Source of the DNA: Candidatus Campbellbacteria bacterium CG22_combo_CG10-13_8_21_14_all_36_13
GTDB taxonomy: Bacteria > Patescibacteriota > Minisyncoccia > Phycocordibacterales > PCTT01
Direction: 5' to 3'
Length of the DNA: 34,737 bases
Assembly (NCBI GenBank): GCA_002771585.1
Contig: PCTT01000044.1
Span: 1 to 34,737 of the forward strand
A program made the position numbers and the translations under genes. Numbering within the stretch: the first letter of the stretch is position 1; every line of letters starts with the position of its first letter. Shown here in pieces: positions 20,403 through 29,074 of the stretch. The notes below the pieces were generated by a model that ran no database searches, had not been told where the DNA came from, and saw only the letters and a list, made by a program, of their open reading frames with translations.

Positions 20403-21096
20403 ACCTGTATTTAAACATATCTTTTATTGTATGCACTATAACACTCGGTTTTGAGCCGCTTGCCAACCCCTGTTCCCTTATATAATGCGTAACGGGAAAA
20501 TGACTCACCACAAAGCCTCCTTTTTTGGCCTTCAAAATCATTTCTGCATCGATAAATGCGCTGTTACTTTTTATAATAATAGTATCAAGTACATTTCTTT
20601 TATAAATTTTCATAGAACAATTAATGTCTTTTGTATAAGTTAAAAAAAGAATTGTAATCAGTGTATTAAAACAAAAAGATTGAAACTTCCTAGAAAATGA
20701 AACTGCCTTTTTTGTTACATACCCACTAATAATGTCAGCATTATCAAGCAAGTGTAGGTTTGGAATAAATTCAAATACATCATACTGATGGTCTCCATCT
20801 GTATACATAACATAATCATATTTACTCTCCAAAAAACCAGTTTTTAGTGCACCACCATATCCTCTATTTTTTATATGATGGATTACACGCGTATATGAAT
20901 AATGTTTAGCCAGATCATCAGCTACTTCACCGGTCCTGTCTGGGCTACCGTCTTCCACAATAATGATTTCAAAAATATCGGTAATGCTTGAAAGTAGTTC
21001 GTGTACTTTCGGTATCAAAACTGGTAAATTTTTTTCATCATAATATGCGGGGCAAAAGAAAGAAACGCTAGATAATTTTTTTATTGGTTTATTCAT
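20389..21096 (-). CDS. GT2 polyprenol-phosphate glycosyltransferase (DPM1/ArnC-like)
   Basis: It has IIIVEDGSPDRTGEV, NRGYGGALKTGF and TDGDHQY. A strong SD sequence (AAGGGAGGAAAATAATG) precedes the start. Confidence 0.85.
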   Translation of the reverse strand: MNKPIKKLSSVSFFCPAYYDEKNLPVLIPKVHELLSSITDIFEIIIVEDGSPDRTGEVADDLAKHYSYTRVIHHIKNRGYGGALKTGFLESKYDYVMYTDGDHQYDVFEFIPNLHLLDNADIISGYVTKKAVSFSRKFQSFCFNTLITILFLTYTKDINCSMKIYKRNVLDTIIIKSNSAFIDAEMILKAKKGGFVVSHFPVTHYIREQGLASGSKPSVIVHTIKDMFKYRFGVL

Positions 21097-21809
21097 TATT
21101 TTCCTCCCTTAAGCCAAAAACCAATAATTTTTCTTATTATTATAAAACCATGTCTATAACTAATCTTTTTACCGGCATCTTTATCTCTAGGATCGTAAGA
21201 AACAGGAACCTCTCTCACCTCATAACCATCTCGAAGTAATGAACAAAGAAAAAGCATCTCTGAATCAAAGCCTCCAGCCTTAAAATTTCCAAATGTTTTT
21301 CTAGGAAATAGCTTGTATCCCATCAAAGTATCTGTGAGAGAGCTTCCGTATAAAATATTTATAAGTTTTGTTATTGAAAGAGAACCAAGTCTTGGTATAA
21401 GCTTACTCTTGTGTGTATCCAAACCAAGCTCTCTTGAACCCATAACAGCAACCTTATCCTCAATGGAGACATCATCCAGCGCTTCAAGCAATAAAGGGAT
21501 TTCCTCTGGAGAACATTCTAAATCAGCATCCTGTATGATTGCAAAATCTCCAAGAGCCACATCAAGTCCAGCCCTTACAGCACCACCCTTACCAGAATTT
21601 TTTTCTTGATTTAGTACAGTTGCAACAGACTTGAAATTATTTAAAACTTCCTTGGTTCCATCGCTAGATCCATCGTTTACAACAATTATTTCAACATCCC
21701 AATTAACAAAAGGAACTGATAGTAGGCGTTCAACCACAGACCCCACTGTTTTTTCCTCATTAAAGGCTGGGACAATTATTGATAATTTTTTCTTATTTAT
21801 AACAAACAT
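21096..21809 (-). CDS. GT2 polyprenol-phosphate glycosyltransferase (DPM1-like)
   Basis: It has LSIIVPAFNEE, IIVVNDGSSDGT, NSGKGGAVRAG and IIQDADLE. It is a 237-aa paralogue of 33760..34473. Confidence 0.85.
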   Translation of the reverse strand: MFVINKKKLSIIVPAFNEEKTVGSVVERLLSVPFVNWDVEIIVVNDGSSDGTKEVLNNFKSVATVLNQEKNSGKGGAVRAGLDVALGDFAIIQDADLECSPEEIPLLLEALDDVSIEDKVAVMGSRELGLDTHKSKLIPRLGSLSITKLINILYGSSLTDTLMGYKLFPRKTFGNFKAGGFDSEMLFLCSLLRDGYEVREVPVSYDPRDKDAGKKISYRHGFIIIRKIIGFWLKGGK

Positions 21810-21811
21810 AA

Positions 21812-22276
21812 TTAAACTTCTATCTTTTGATTAAATATTATGAAACGATACACCAACAGGCTCCAGACTGCAATAAAACCAGCTGAAATAACTTGAGCAA
21901 TTACAGGTGTCAAATGTATATACTCAACCATTACAAAAACCATTACTCCATTTGCAATAATATTTACAAATGCAATAATCACATACTGTAATATCTGTAT
22001 CGATATTTCATCTTTAGACTTATCTTGAAATGTTATATATTTTTGTGCCAAAAAACTAACAACAACGGCAATCACAAATGCTAGTGTTGACGAAGCTATA
22101 TACCACCAATTAAAATATGTTTCAAAAATATATAATAACCCAACATTGGTTGTAAATGATAATCCGCCAGCAAAAAGATACCGTATCAATAAAAATACTC
22201 TTCCTCTGTCTAGGTGATATGATTGGCTACGTATTATATGAACCGCTCTGTTTATTTTATCTTTTACAACCGGCAT
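21812..22276 (-). CDS. GtrA family membrane protein
   Basis: The 154-aa product has four hydrophobic segments and RYLFAGGLSFTTNVGLLYIF. It lies next to DPM1-like GT2 genes, as is typical for GtrA. Confidence 0.8.
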   Translation of the reverse strand: MPVVKDKINRAVHIIRSQSYHLDRGRVFLLIRYLFAGGLSFTTNVGLLYIFETYFNWWYIASSTLAFVIAVVVSFLAQKYITFQDKSKDEISIQILQYVIIAFVNIIANGVMVFVMVEYIHLTPVIAQVISAGFIAVWSLLVYRFIIFNQKIEV

Positions 22277-23398
22277 TTATTCTAAAAAATTAAGTATCTT
22301 TTCTCCATATTTATTCCAAGTATAACCCAAAACATCCTTTCGAGCTTGTTCTGCTTTGAGTATTGCTACTTCTTTGTTAACAAGGGTTGATAATATGGCA
22401 TCCGTCATATCCTTAGGATCATCTGTTCGAATTAAAATAGCGTTGTCTTTGTTTAAAACCTCACGTATGGACGGTAAATCAGACGCTATTACTGGAACAC
22501 CAGATGCCATGTATTCAAACATTTTTATTGGTGATGTATATAGAACAGATTCTTCACTGTCTTTTGTATTAGGTAAGAGCAATACATTAGCCGAACTCAT
22601 ATATGAAGATATTTCTTTTTTAGAAACATGACCTATAAATAATATGTTTTTAAGGTCTTTTATTTTTTCTTTATAAATCTCAATGTCTTCTTCATTCCCG
22701 CCAACTATAACAAAAAGAATATCAGTATTATTTTTTAGAATACGTGCAGATTCCACAACAACATCAATTCCCTTCCATTTATAAAGATGACCAACATACA
22801 TTGCGATATTCTTTTTATCGTCTGTTGTTAACTTTTCCCTTATGCTTTTATCAAAATCATCAAAATCTTCAACATCAACACCGTTATGTATGACTGTGGT
22901 TTTTTTAAACCCTGCATTAAATAATGCGTCTTGTGTGCCTTTAGAATTACAAATAATAGGTGTATTTTTTGAAATCAATTTTGAGAACAATCCCTTTAGA
23001 TATGACCAATTATGTGCGTTGTATACAACACTCTTTCCTCTTAGACGGAAAAGAAATACGGTAAATAAATCCCGTGTAATTATTGTGGTGTTTTTATCAA
23101 CTTTCCTCATTAATAAATAAAAAGAAAACAAGAGAGTTTGTAAATAAAAAACAATAGAGCCTATATGTTTACTAAATCTTACAACATCAAAGCATGGTAT
23201 TTCTATTATGTTGAAATTCTCTTCTAGCCCATAATACTCAAAAGCTGTTTCCTTTATCTCGTTTTTTCTATAAGGAATCCACAATTCTACATCCACACCA
23301 GACCTGGCCAAAACTTCACATGTTTTAGTGATTTGAAAGCCGTGGGCTTTTCTTGTAGGTATTCTAGTGTTAACTATGTATATGATTTTCATTTTCAT
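22277..23398 (-). CDS. glycosyltransferase family 4
   Basis: The GT-B C-terminal motif is EESVLYTSPIKMFEYMASGVPVIAS. Confidence 0.85.
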   Translation of the reverse strand: MKMKIIYIVNTRIPTRKAHGFQITKTCEVLARSGVDVELWIPYRKNEIKETAFEYYGLEENFNIIEIPCFDVVRFSKHIGSIVFYLQTLLFSFYLLMRKVDKNTTIITRDLFTVFLFRLRGKSVVYNAHNWSYLKGLFSKLISKNTPIICNSKGTQDALFNAGFKKTTVIHNGVDVEDFDDFDKSIREKLTTDDKKNIAMYVGHLYKWKGIDVVVESARILKNNTDILFVIVGGNEEDIEIYKEKIKDLKNILFIGHVSKKEISSYMSSANVLLLPNTKDSEESVLYTSPIKMFEYMASGVPVIASDLPSIREVLNKDNAILIRTDDPKDMTDAILSTLVNKEVAILKAEQARKDVLGYTWNKYGEKILNFLE

Positions 23399-24761
23399 CT
23401 TTATTGGTAGATTCTATAAACCCTATCAAAGGATACAAAGCCACTGATAGGATAATTGGGTTAACTGGCATTCTAAACCTACTGTTTACAGTAAGACCGT
23501 TTGAGGGTGTGGTTACAACAAAGTAAAGCACTGTCACGAGAGCAAATACGACAGGAGCTGTCATCTTCTTCTTATGCCAAAGTAAATATATACCAAACAA
23601 AAACATGAGTGTTACAATACCCCAGAATATTCTCATCAAAAGTACTAATACAAAGGGTGATTTGACGTGAACCCAAACAGTTTTTAAGAATTCTTTTGGT
23701 GTATCCATCAACAAAGTTATAGCTGGTTTTGAAAGCGATTCTTTTGGCGTAAACCCAGCATATTGCAACACAGACAACATGCCGTCATGTGTAAAAAAAG
23801 TAAAAACATTTATAGCAGACACTTTTAGTAAAGATAAGGGGTATTTTTTTAAAACATCAAATGCTTCTTTGTTAAATTCTGGCGCCGTGTGAACAGTCAA
23901 TTTACTTACATCAATATTTCTATCACTTATAAATAACTTTCTTGCTTCATTAAAGCTAACACCGTTCTCTATAGACAACACAGACGGTACAAGCGTTACG
24001 TATAAATTGAGACTTGGCATAATAGTCATCCCGGGCACACCAAATACTTTATAGTTTCTATACAACCATGGTGATAAAACTACAACAAAAATACTAAGGA
24101 ATAACCCTATGTGTAAAAATGTTTTTTTCAACCCAATTCTTTTTCTAAAAAACCACCACATAACAGGTATTAAAAATATGGGATAAAATTGCACAACCGT
24201 TTTTATTAAAGATGATGCTCCTAATATAATAGAGAAAATTATTAGATACTTGATATTTAAGTTCTCTATATATTCCATAAATACAAGACAAGCAAGTAAA
24301 AATAAGAAAATAAAAAGAGTCTCTGTAAAAAATATAAAAGAAAAGAATACAAAGTTGGGTTCTATCGCAATAAAAAATCCTACAAATTTTGATATTTTGT
24401 CAGAATCTATTATTTTTTTAGACAACCTTAAAGCTAGTATCGGTATAAACGCACCTATAATTATTTGCATAACAACAGCAAAAATATAGCCATTAAACAA
24501 AAACAAAGAGAGTGCCAAGAAAAGTGGGTAAAGTGGAACATGTATTGGACTTGGTGATAACCCGTCTATAGAAAAACCATTACCATGGTATAGGTTCTGA
24601 CTAACTTCATAATACCAATCAGATCCATATATGGTTTTATCAAAATCACCATTATTTGCATCTAAATTAATATAAAAAAGAAAAATCCTTACAACAAGAG
24701 CGACGGCAAAAATTATTATCTCTAATTTATGTGTTTTTATAAAGTTTTTTATTTCGTTCAT
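23370..24761 (-). CDS. GT-C fold membrane glycosyltransferase (ArnT/PMT-like, GT39/GT83-type)
   Basis: The 463-aa polytopic protein has an acidic first loop (DANNGDFD). It is encoded with DPM1-like GT2 and GtrA genes, which would supply a lipid-linked donor. Confidence 0.7.
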   Translation of the reverse strand: MNEIKNFIKTHKLEIIIFAVALVVRIFLFYINLDANNGDFDKTIYGSDWYYEVSQNLYHGNGFSIDGLSPSPIHVPLYPLFLALSLFLFNGYIFAVVMQIIIGAFIPILALRLSKKIIDSDKISKFVGFFIAIEPNFVFFSFIFFTETLFIFLFLLACLVFMEYIENLNIKYLIIFSIILGASSLIKTVVQFYPIFLIPVMWWFFRKRIGLKKTFLHIGLFLSIFVVVLSPWLYRNYKVFGVPGMTIMPSLNLYVTLVPSVLSIENGVSFNEARKLFISDRNIDVSKLTVHTAPEFNKEAFDVLKKYPLSLLKVSAINVFTFFTHDGMLSVLQYAGFTPKESLSKPAITLLMDTPKEFLKTVWVHVKSPFVLVLLMRIFWGIVTLMFLFGIYLLWHKKKMTAPVVFALVTVLYFVVTTPSNGLTVNSRFRMPVNPIILSVALYPLIGFIESTNKDENENHIHS

Positions 24762-25372
24762 TTTTCTAAAATAAAAAAGTGATGATAATTTGATTGAAAT
24801 GGCACGTAATCATTCTTAACAACGAAGTGTTTACTTAGGATCTCTTTGATCTTTTGTACAGAATAATCTTTTTTACCAATTTCCCAATAATGCTCACCAT
24901 TAAATGTGTGTACAGGATGATAAGGTATCTTACAAGCAAACCTTATTTCTTTTAAAAAAGGAACCTTTACAGAAAACTTAATCATTGGGCCAAAATGAGG
25001 GAGACTTATTATTACATATTTTTTTGAAACTCTTTTCATTTCGGATAATGCTGTCTCAAAGCTTTCAAATGGTATGTGCTCGAGCACTTCAAAGGCACAA
25101 GCAATATCAAATGAATTATCTTCAAATGGAAGCTGTAAAACGCTACCAACAACATCAGGATTGAGGTCTTCTGCTATATCTACACTTGTATATTGTGTAT
25201 CAGTATTTGTTTTTAAATAATTACCCAGGACGTTATCGCCAACACCAATCTCTAAAACATTGCCTGGTTTTAGTTTCAAAAGCTCATCAACTTGGTGAAA
25301 ATAACTACTCCATCTTTCTGGATATCCGTATGTTTGAAAATCATAATGTTTTTTATCTACTTGTTTTTCCAT
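24758..25372 (-). CDS. class I SAM-dependent methyltransferase
   Basis: It has VLEIGVGDN and [13 protein letters not shown] (Methyltransf_11-like). The TGA stop overlaps the next ATG. Confidence 0.8.
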   Translation of the reverse strand: MEKQVDKKHYDFQTYGYPERWSSYFHQVDELLKLKPGNVLEIGVGDNVLGNYLKTNTDTQYTSVDIAEDLNPDVVGSVLQLPFEDNSFDIACAFEVLEHIPFESFETALSEMKRVSKKYVIISLPHFGPMIKFSVKVPFLKEIRFACKIPYHPVHTFNGEHYWEIGKKDYSVQKIKEILSKHFVVKNDYVPFQSNYHHFFILEK

Positions 25373-25374
25373 GT

Positions 25375-26427
25375 CTATTTTTTATAACTAAGAATATCAA
25401 CAATATTTTTTATTAAAATACTTACATTAAATTTTGCTTTTGTTGTATTAATCAAAAATTGTCTAATATCATTAACATTATCCTGTTTCATGAAATTAAT
25501 AATTTTATTTGCCAACTCAGTCGAATCACCAAATTTAAAATGAAGTAAGTCAGAATACTCACCAAAATATTCTACAAAAGCTTCATTGCTAGTAAAAGGA
25601 ACCACTCCACAAGCCATTGCTTCTATCACAACTTTATCTACACCGCCTGTTGGTAATGGGTTGATAGTAATATCTGCACGACAATACTTTTCTTTTATTT
25701 TGTGATTTGGAAAACTTCCATCAAAACTAATTTCATCTTCTAAAGAGTATTTATTAATTAATTCTTTTGTCTGATCCAAATAAATATAATCTGGTTTTGT
25801 TATTGGATCTCCTATAAAAGATACTTCGAATAAAATGCCTTTTTCTTTGAGAATACGACAAGCTTCTACAATATATTTTGCGCCTTTAATCTCACTTATT
25901 CTACCAACAACTAAAATCTTCAGTCTTTCTTTTAATGGCTCTCTATGATCACAAGCCAGACTTCCTACATCTATGCCGTGACCCATTACATGTAGTTTAT
26001 TAGTTTTGATCTTAAAACTCGCGCCTGAAGCAGAAAAAATAACATGAACCAATTTCTCAGCAATCCTTAAAGAGGTCGTGACTGATTTGTGCGTATACCA
26101 AAGTGAAATTCTTTTACCCATAATGCGCCAAAAAATTCCACCCAAAATTACATAAACCTGATTCATGTGGACAAAAACAGAATCGTAATCATTACGAAAT
26201 TTAAATATATATTTATAAAAACGATATATATATTCTAGTCTTGAAACACCCTCTTCTTTACCAAGAGAATATACTTGTACATTTTTAGGAAGATCACACT
26301 CGCCTTTTTCCAAACAAATCACTGTGAGCTTTTCTGTATGTTTTGCAAATTCTTCAACCCAGCGATGAAAAAACCCGAGTATTGGATCATTTCTATCCAT
26401 CTTCTGTGTGATAATCAAAAGTCTCAT
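25375..26427 (-). CDS. glycosyltransferase family 4
   Basis: It has the MRLLIITQ N-terminus and [18 protein letters not shown]. Confidence 0.85.
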   Translation of the reverse strand: MRLLIITQKMDRNDPILGFFHRWVEEFAKHTEKLTVICLEKGECDLPKNVQVYSLGKEEGVSRLEYIYRFYKYIFKFRNDYDSVFVHMNQVYVILGGIFWRIMGKRISLWYTHKSVTTSLRIAEKLVHVIFSASGASFKIKTNKLHVMGHGIDVGSLACDHREPLKERLKILVVGRISEIKGAKYIVEACRILKEKGILFEVSFIGDPITKPDYIYLDQTKELINKYSLEDEISFDGSFPNHKIKEKYCRADITINPLPTGGVDKVVIEAMACGVVPFTSNEAFVEYFGEYSDLLHFKFGDSTELANKIINFMKQDNVNDIRQFLINTTKAKFNVSILIKNIVDILSYKK

Positions 26428-27644
26428 TATTTCTTTACTAAATCATTCCACCCGTCAACAATATCTTTGTAATATTGCTCTTTTGTGGATACTTGCTCAA
26501 GAACCCGAGTATAGCACCTGAAACCCATTCCATGCACACCTACGTCATTAGACAAAAGACGGCTTAAGTATTCCTCAATACAGTCAGCGCGACCTATTTG
26601 GCAAACCATTGCATGCTGTGCGTGCACAAGAAGACCGCCAGAGCCAGCAATTCCTACGTCTGTTGTAACTATCGCCAATCTATTCAAAGACGCTTCTATC
26701 AAAGACATTCCATATCCCTCATAAAGCGATGTGTTTAAGAAAATATCAGAGCCTTTGTAGTATGAGTTTAAGTCATCCTGCCAACCTTCGAAAATGACGT
26801 TAGCTGATAGCTTATAGCTTTTAGCTTTTAGTTCGAGCGCTCTGCGCTCACGACCGTCTCCAACAATTACAAGGCCGGTTTTAGGATAATTTTTTACAAC
26901 TTTGGCAAATGCTTTGATTGCGACATCAACTGCTTTTTCTTTTTCTAATCTTGAGGCAATAAGAACTATTTTTTCAAATTGTGGATATTTTGCTCGCAAA
27001 TCAAAATTCGCTGGAGTATTTTCTATTACGTCTGCGTCAACAAAAATTGGTAAGATCTTTGGTTCTGTTTTTAGTTTGTATACACTGCCGTAAATAGAAT
27101 CTTTAATTCTTTTGCTCACAACCCTTATACCGTCTGCATATGGTATTACTCTCCTTGATATACGAAGACGACTTTTGTTTAAAAAACCTTTCTTAAAATA
27201 TGGACTAAGAAAATCTGTATGAATTTGTACCTGAAGCGGTATTTTAAAAGCTTTTGATAGTTTACTACCCACCAAACCACATTCAAAAGGGTCCTGACAA
27301 GTAATAACAAAGGCATTAGGAGTTAGCTTATAGCTTTTAGAGCCCAAAATACGATGACCAAGTTTTATAGCATCATGTATGTATAGCCAGCGACTGAAAG
27401 AATTTGTCGGATACAAAAAAACATTTTCTGAAACCTGAAACCTCGCACCTGAAACCTTGTGTTTTCTCGTAGAGAAAACAATTACATGTAATTCATTAAG
27501 TAGACCAGCATATCCAATAGCACGAGCTCTTACAGCACTTCCTTCTTCAAAAATCTTCCTATCTGTAGAAATCATCAGGACGCGAAGGCCCTGCTTAGTC
27601 TGTGCATCTACACTATCTTCTTTTGTTATATTTTGTTGGAACAT
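26427..27644 (-). CDS. glycosyltransferase family 4
   Basis: It has GDGRERRALE and YEGYGMSLIEASLNRLAIVTTDVG. It is a paralogue of 32087..33244. Confidence 0.85.
   Translation of the reverse strand: MFQQNITKEDSVDAQTKQGLRVLMISTDRKIFEEGSAVRARAIGYAGLLNELHVIVFSTRKHKVSGARFQVSENVFLYPTNSFSRWLYIHDAIKLGHRILGSKSYKLTPNAFVITCQDPFECGLVGSKLSKAFKIPLQVQIHTDFLSPYFKKGFLNKSRLRISRRVIPYADGIRVVSKRIKDSIYGSVYKLKTEPKILPIFVDADVIENTPANFDLRAKYPQFEKIVLIASRLEKEKAVDVAIKAFAKVVKNYPKTGLVIVGDGRERRALELKAKSYKLSANVIFEGWQDDLNSYYKGSDIFLNTSLYEGYGMSLIEASLNRLAIVTTDVGIAGSGGLLVHAQHAMVCQIGRADCIEEYLSRLLSNDVGVHGMGFRCYTRVLEQVSTKEQYYKDIVDGWNDLVKK
26801..26835. repeat. heptamer-periodic tract inside the GT4 CDS
   Basis: The tract reads TAGCTGA TAGCTTA TAGCTTT TAGCTTT TAGTTCG and encodes LKAKSYKLSAN on the minus strand. 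A related tract, TAGGAGT TAGCTTA TAGCTTT TAGAGCC, lies at 27317-27344 in the same gene. Confidence 0.7.
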
Positions 27645-27693
27645 GTTATGTTTATAAATTTTGAATTTAAAATTTTGAATTTCGATTCAATGT
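27645..27693 (-). repeat. AT-rich upstream module, copy A (abuts the start of GT4 26427..27644)
   Basis: The gene-sense read is ACATTGAATCGAAATTCAAAATTTTAAATTCAAAATTTATAAACATAAC followed by ATG. It shares TCGAAATTCAAAA...TTTAAATTCAAAATT with copy C. Confidence 0.75.
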
Positions 27694-28059
27694 TTAATTT
27701 TTTAATGTTGAAACAATCTTACCAAAAATAAGGGTGAGCTCCTGACACTCTTTCCAAAGTGCTCTAGTCTCGTTTCCATTACCTGAAATAGCCGTATTCA
27801 ACATCCTGAGCCAATGCTTGGTCTCCTGGGCTTCCTTTTTACAAATATGTATCTTATTCCTAAAATCCTTCTTTGAACTCGCCCCATTAGCTTCCATATA
27901 GTTAGCTCCTATACTTGTAGCGCTTCTAATTAATTGATTGATTATTGGTTTATTGATTGAATCCTGTTTTAAACCTTTGCAAAAGATAATAACATTTTCG
28001 CCAAACTTTGCAGTTCTTTCTTCTAGATCATAATTCTTTTTGTTTTCTAATTCATTCAT
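27694..28059 (-). CDS. four-helix-bundle protein (23S rRNA intervening-sequence protein family, TIGR02436-like)
   Basis: It has SIGANYMEANGASSKKDF...KIHICKKEAQETKHWL. The first ATG is at 28059; the track start at 28074 is a TTG inside the repeat arm. Confidence 0.85.
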   Translation of the reverse strand: MNELENKKNYDLEERTAKFGENVIIFCKGLKQDSINKPIINQLIRSATSIGANYMEANGASSKKDFRNKIHICKKEAQETKHWLRMLNTAISGNGNETRALWKECQELTLIFGKIVSTLKN

Positions 28060-28180
28060 CCCGTTTAGAGGCAAGTCGTGATCATAGCAACACCCTTGAT
28101 TATTTTTTTATAAATTTTGTTTCGGCTTGTCTCCATTACATTATTTCTATTTTAATCGTGACCCCGACCTCTAACGGGAT
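28058..28180. repeat. inverted-repeat hairpin element, type A (arms 28058-28082 and 28155-28180, 72-nt loop)
   Basis: ATCCCGTTTAGAGG pairs with CCTCTAACGGGAT with one bulged T, and TCGTGAT pairs with ATCGTGA as a second helix with two G.U pairs on the plus strand. The four-helix-bundle ATG overlaps the arm end. Confidence 0.85.
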
Positions 28181-28182
28181 TC

Positions 28183-28225
28183 ATTTGAAATTGATTAAAA
28201 ATTCGAAATTCGAAATTTAAAATTC
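28183..28225 (+). repeat. AT-rich module, copy D (inverted relative to copies A-C)
   Basis: The plus-strand read ATTTGAAATTGATTAAAAATTCGAAATTCGAAATTTAAAATTC resembles the gene-sense read of copy B (ACATTTAAAATTGATTCGAAATTCAAAATTCAAAATTTAAAATT). Confidence 0.6.
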
Positions 28226-28237
28226 TGTTGATATTGC

Positions 28238-28267
28238 TTGACATTTCCCCATCTATTTTGTTATACT
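28238..28267 (+). promoter_or_regulatory. near-consensus sigma70-type promoter on the plus strand
   Basis: TTGACA lies at 28238-28243, followed by an 18-nt spacer and TATACT at 28262-28267. No plus-strand gene lies downstream. Confidence 0.35.
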
Positions 28268-28290
28268 TCTAAACATCACGAACAGAAAGA

Positions 28291-28827
28291 TCACCCTGAT
28301 GAGGTTTTGTCCTCATTGGGGCCTTTCTTTTTTTGGACCTTGTTTCTAATATCTGCGACAAACCTTGTATACGATATAAAATCTTTCCGTTTCAAGAGTC
28401 CAGAATATTTTTTGTGATTAGGTGCCATAAATGCACGCAATTTGTTGTTTTCTAAAAGAAATTCAATAAGACAATGAAAATCACCATCACCTGTCACAAT
28501 GAGTGCCCTATCAAAATCAGAAAAATGAATCATTGTATGTAAGACAAGCTCAGCATCAACATTTCCCTTTACTTTCCCATCTGGTAATTCTAGCGTTGGT
28601 TTAAATATACAAATGTATCCTGCCTCTTGAAGGTATTTATATAACCTTTCGTTTCCTTTTACATATCCAATAAAGAGAAATGCTTTTCTTATATCATATT
28701 TATCTCTGAGATAAACTCTAAACCGAACAAAATCAAGTTCCCATTTTTGATCAAGTACCCCAAGATTTAAATTCTGGCTATCTATGAATGCATAATTATT
28801 TTCCTTTTTTTCTTTATTTTTCTGCAT
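28291..28827 (-). CDS. NYN-domain protein (LabA/DUF88-like, PIN-like RNase fold)
   Basis: It has NYAFIDSQNLNLG, GNVDAELVLH and LIVTGDGDFHCLIEFL. The stop is TGA. Confidence 0.8.
   Translation of the reverse strand: MQKNKEKKENNYAFIDSQNLNLGVLDQKWELDFVRFRVYLRDKYDIRKAFLFIGYVKGNERLYKYLQEAGYICIFKPTLELPDGKVKGNVDAELVLHTMIHFSDFDRALIVTGDGDFHCLIEFLLENNKLRAFMAPNHKKYSGLLKRKDFISYTRFVADIRNKVQKKKGPNEDKTSSG
28294..28334 (+). terminator. hairpin plus U-tract, terminator-like on the plus strand
   Basis: CCCTGATGAGG (28294-28304) and CCTCATTGGGG (28311-28321) form an 11-bp stem with two G.U pairs on the plus strand only. CCTTTCTTTTTTT follows. The element lies inside the last codons of the NYN ORF. Confidence 0.35.
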
Positions 28828-28872
28828 TTGTATTTAATTGAATCTTTGTGTTCTAATAAAAATTTTATAAAC

Positions 28873-28956
28873 AAAAGGGGACAAGGGTTTACGGTACATT
28901 TACGGACTTCCTCAGTACCAACCTTTATCGGGGAGTCCTCCCCCTCACCCCCTTTT
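28873..28956 (-). ncRNA. candidate structured RNA element (long helix enclosing a 54-nt GC-rich interior), 5' of the NYN gene
   Basis: On the minus strand AAAAGGGGGUGAGGG pairs with CCCUUGUCCCCUUUU over 15 bp including 3 G.U pairs; those three become A.C mismatches on the plus strand. Inner complementarities are GGACU/AGUCC and GGUAC/GUACC. A U-rich tract follows the helix. Confidence 0.35.
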
Positions 28957-29014
28957 ATTTACAAAATAATATATTCATATTTTTGTTTTGCCTTCTAAAT
29001 TATAGTTCATAGTC

Positions 29015-29072
29015 ATTGAAAATTATGTAATTGAAAATTGATTGAAAATTGTAAATTGTAAATTGAAAATTC
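29015..29072. repeat. heptamer tandem array (ATTGAAA/ATTGTAA units)
   Basis: The array reads ATTGAAA ATTATGTA ATTGAAA ATTG ATTGAAA ATTGTAA ATTGTAA ATTGAAA and lies directly 3' of the GT4 stop. Confidence 0.85.
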
Positions 29073-29074
29073 GT

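Noticed and set aside
28060-28074. TTG-initiated extension (MPLNG) of the four-helix-bundle ORF.
   Set aside because: The listed start is a TTG inside the inverted-repeat arm. The first ATG (28059) gives a product that begins where family members normally do.
28900-28925. RNase P RNA fragment, because minus-strand CUGAGGAAGUCCG resembles the GAGGAAAGUCC P4 region.
   Set aside because: The match is imperfect. The whole GC-rich segment is only about 84 nt within a 247-nt spacer, far too short for RNase P RNA, and no other conserved RNase P regions are visible.
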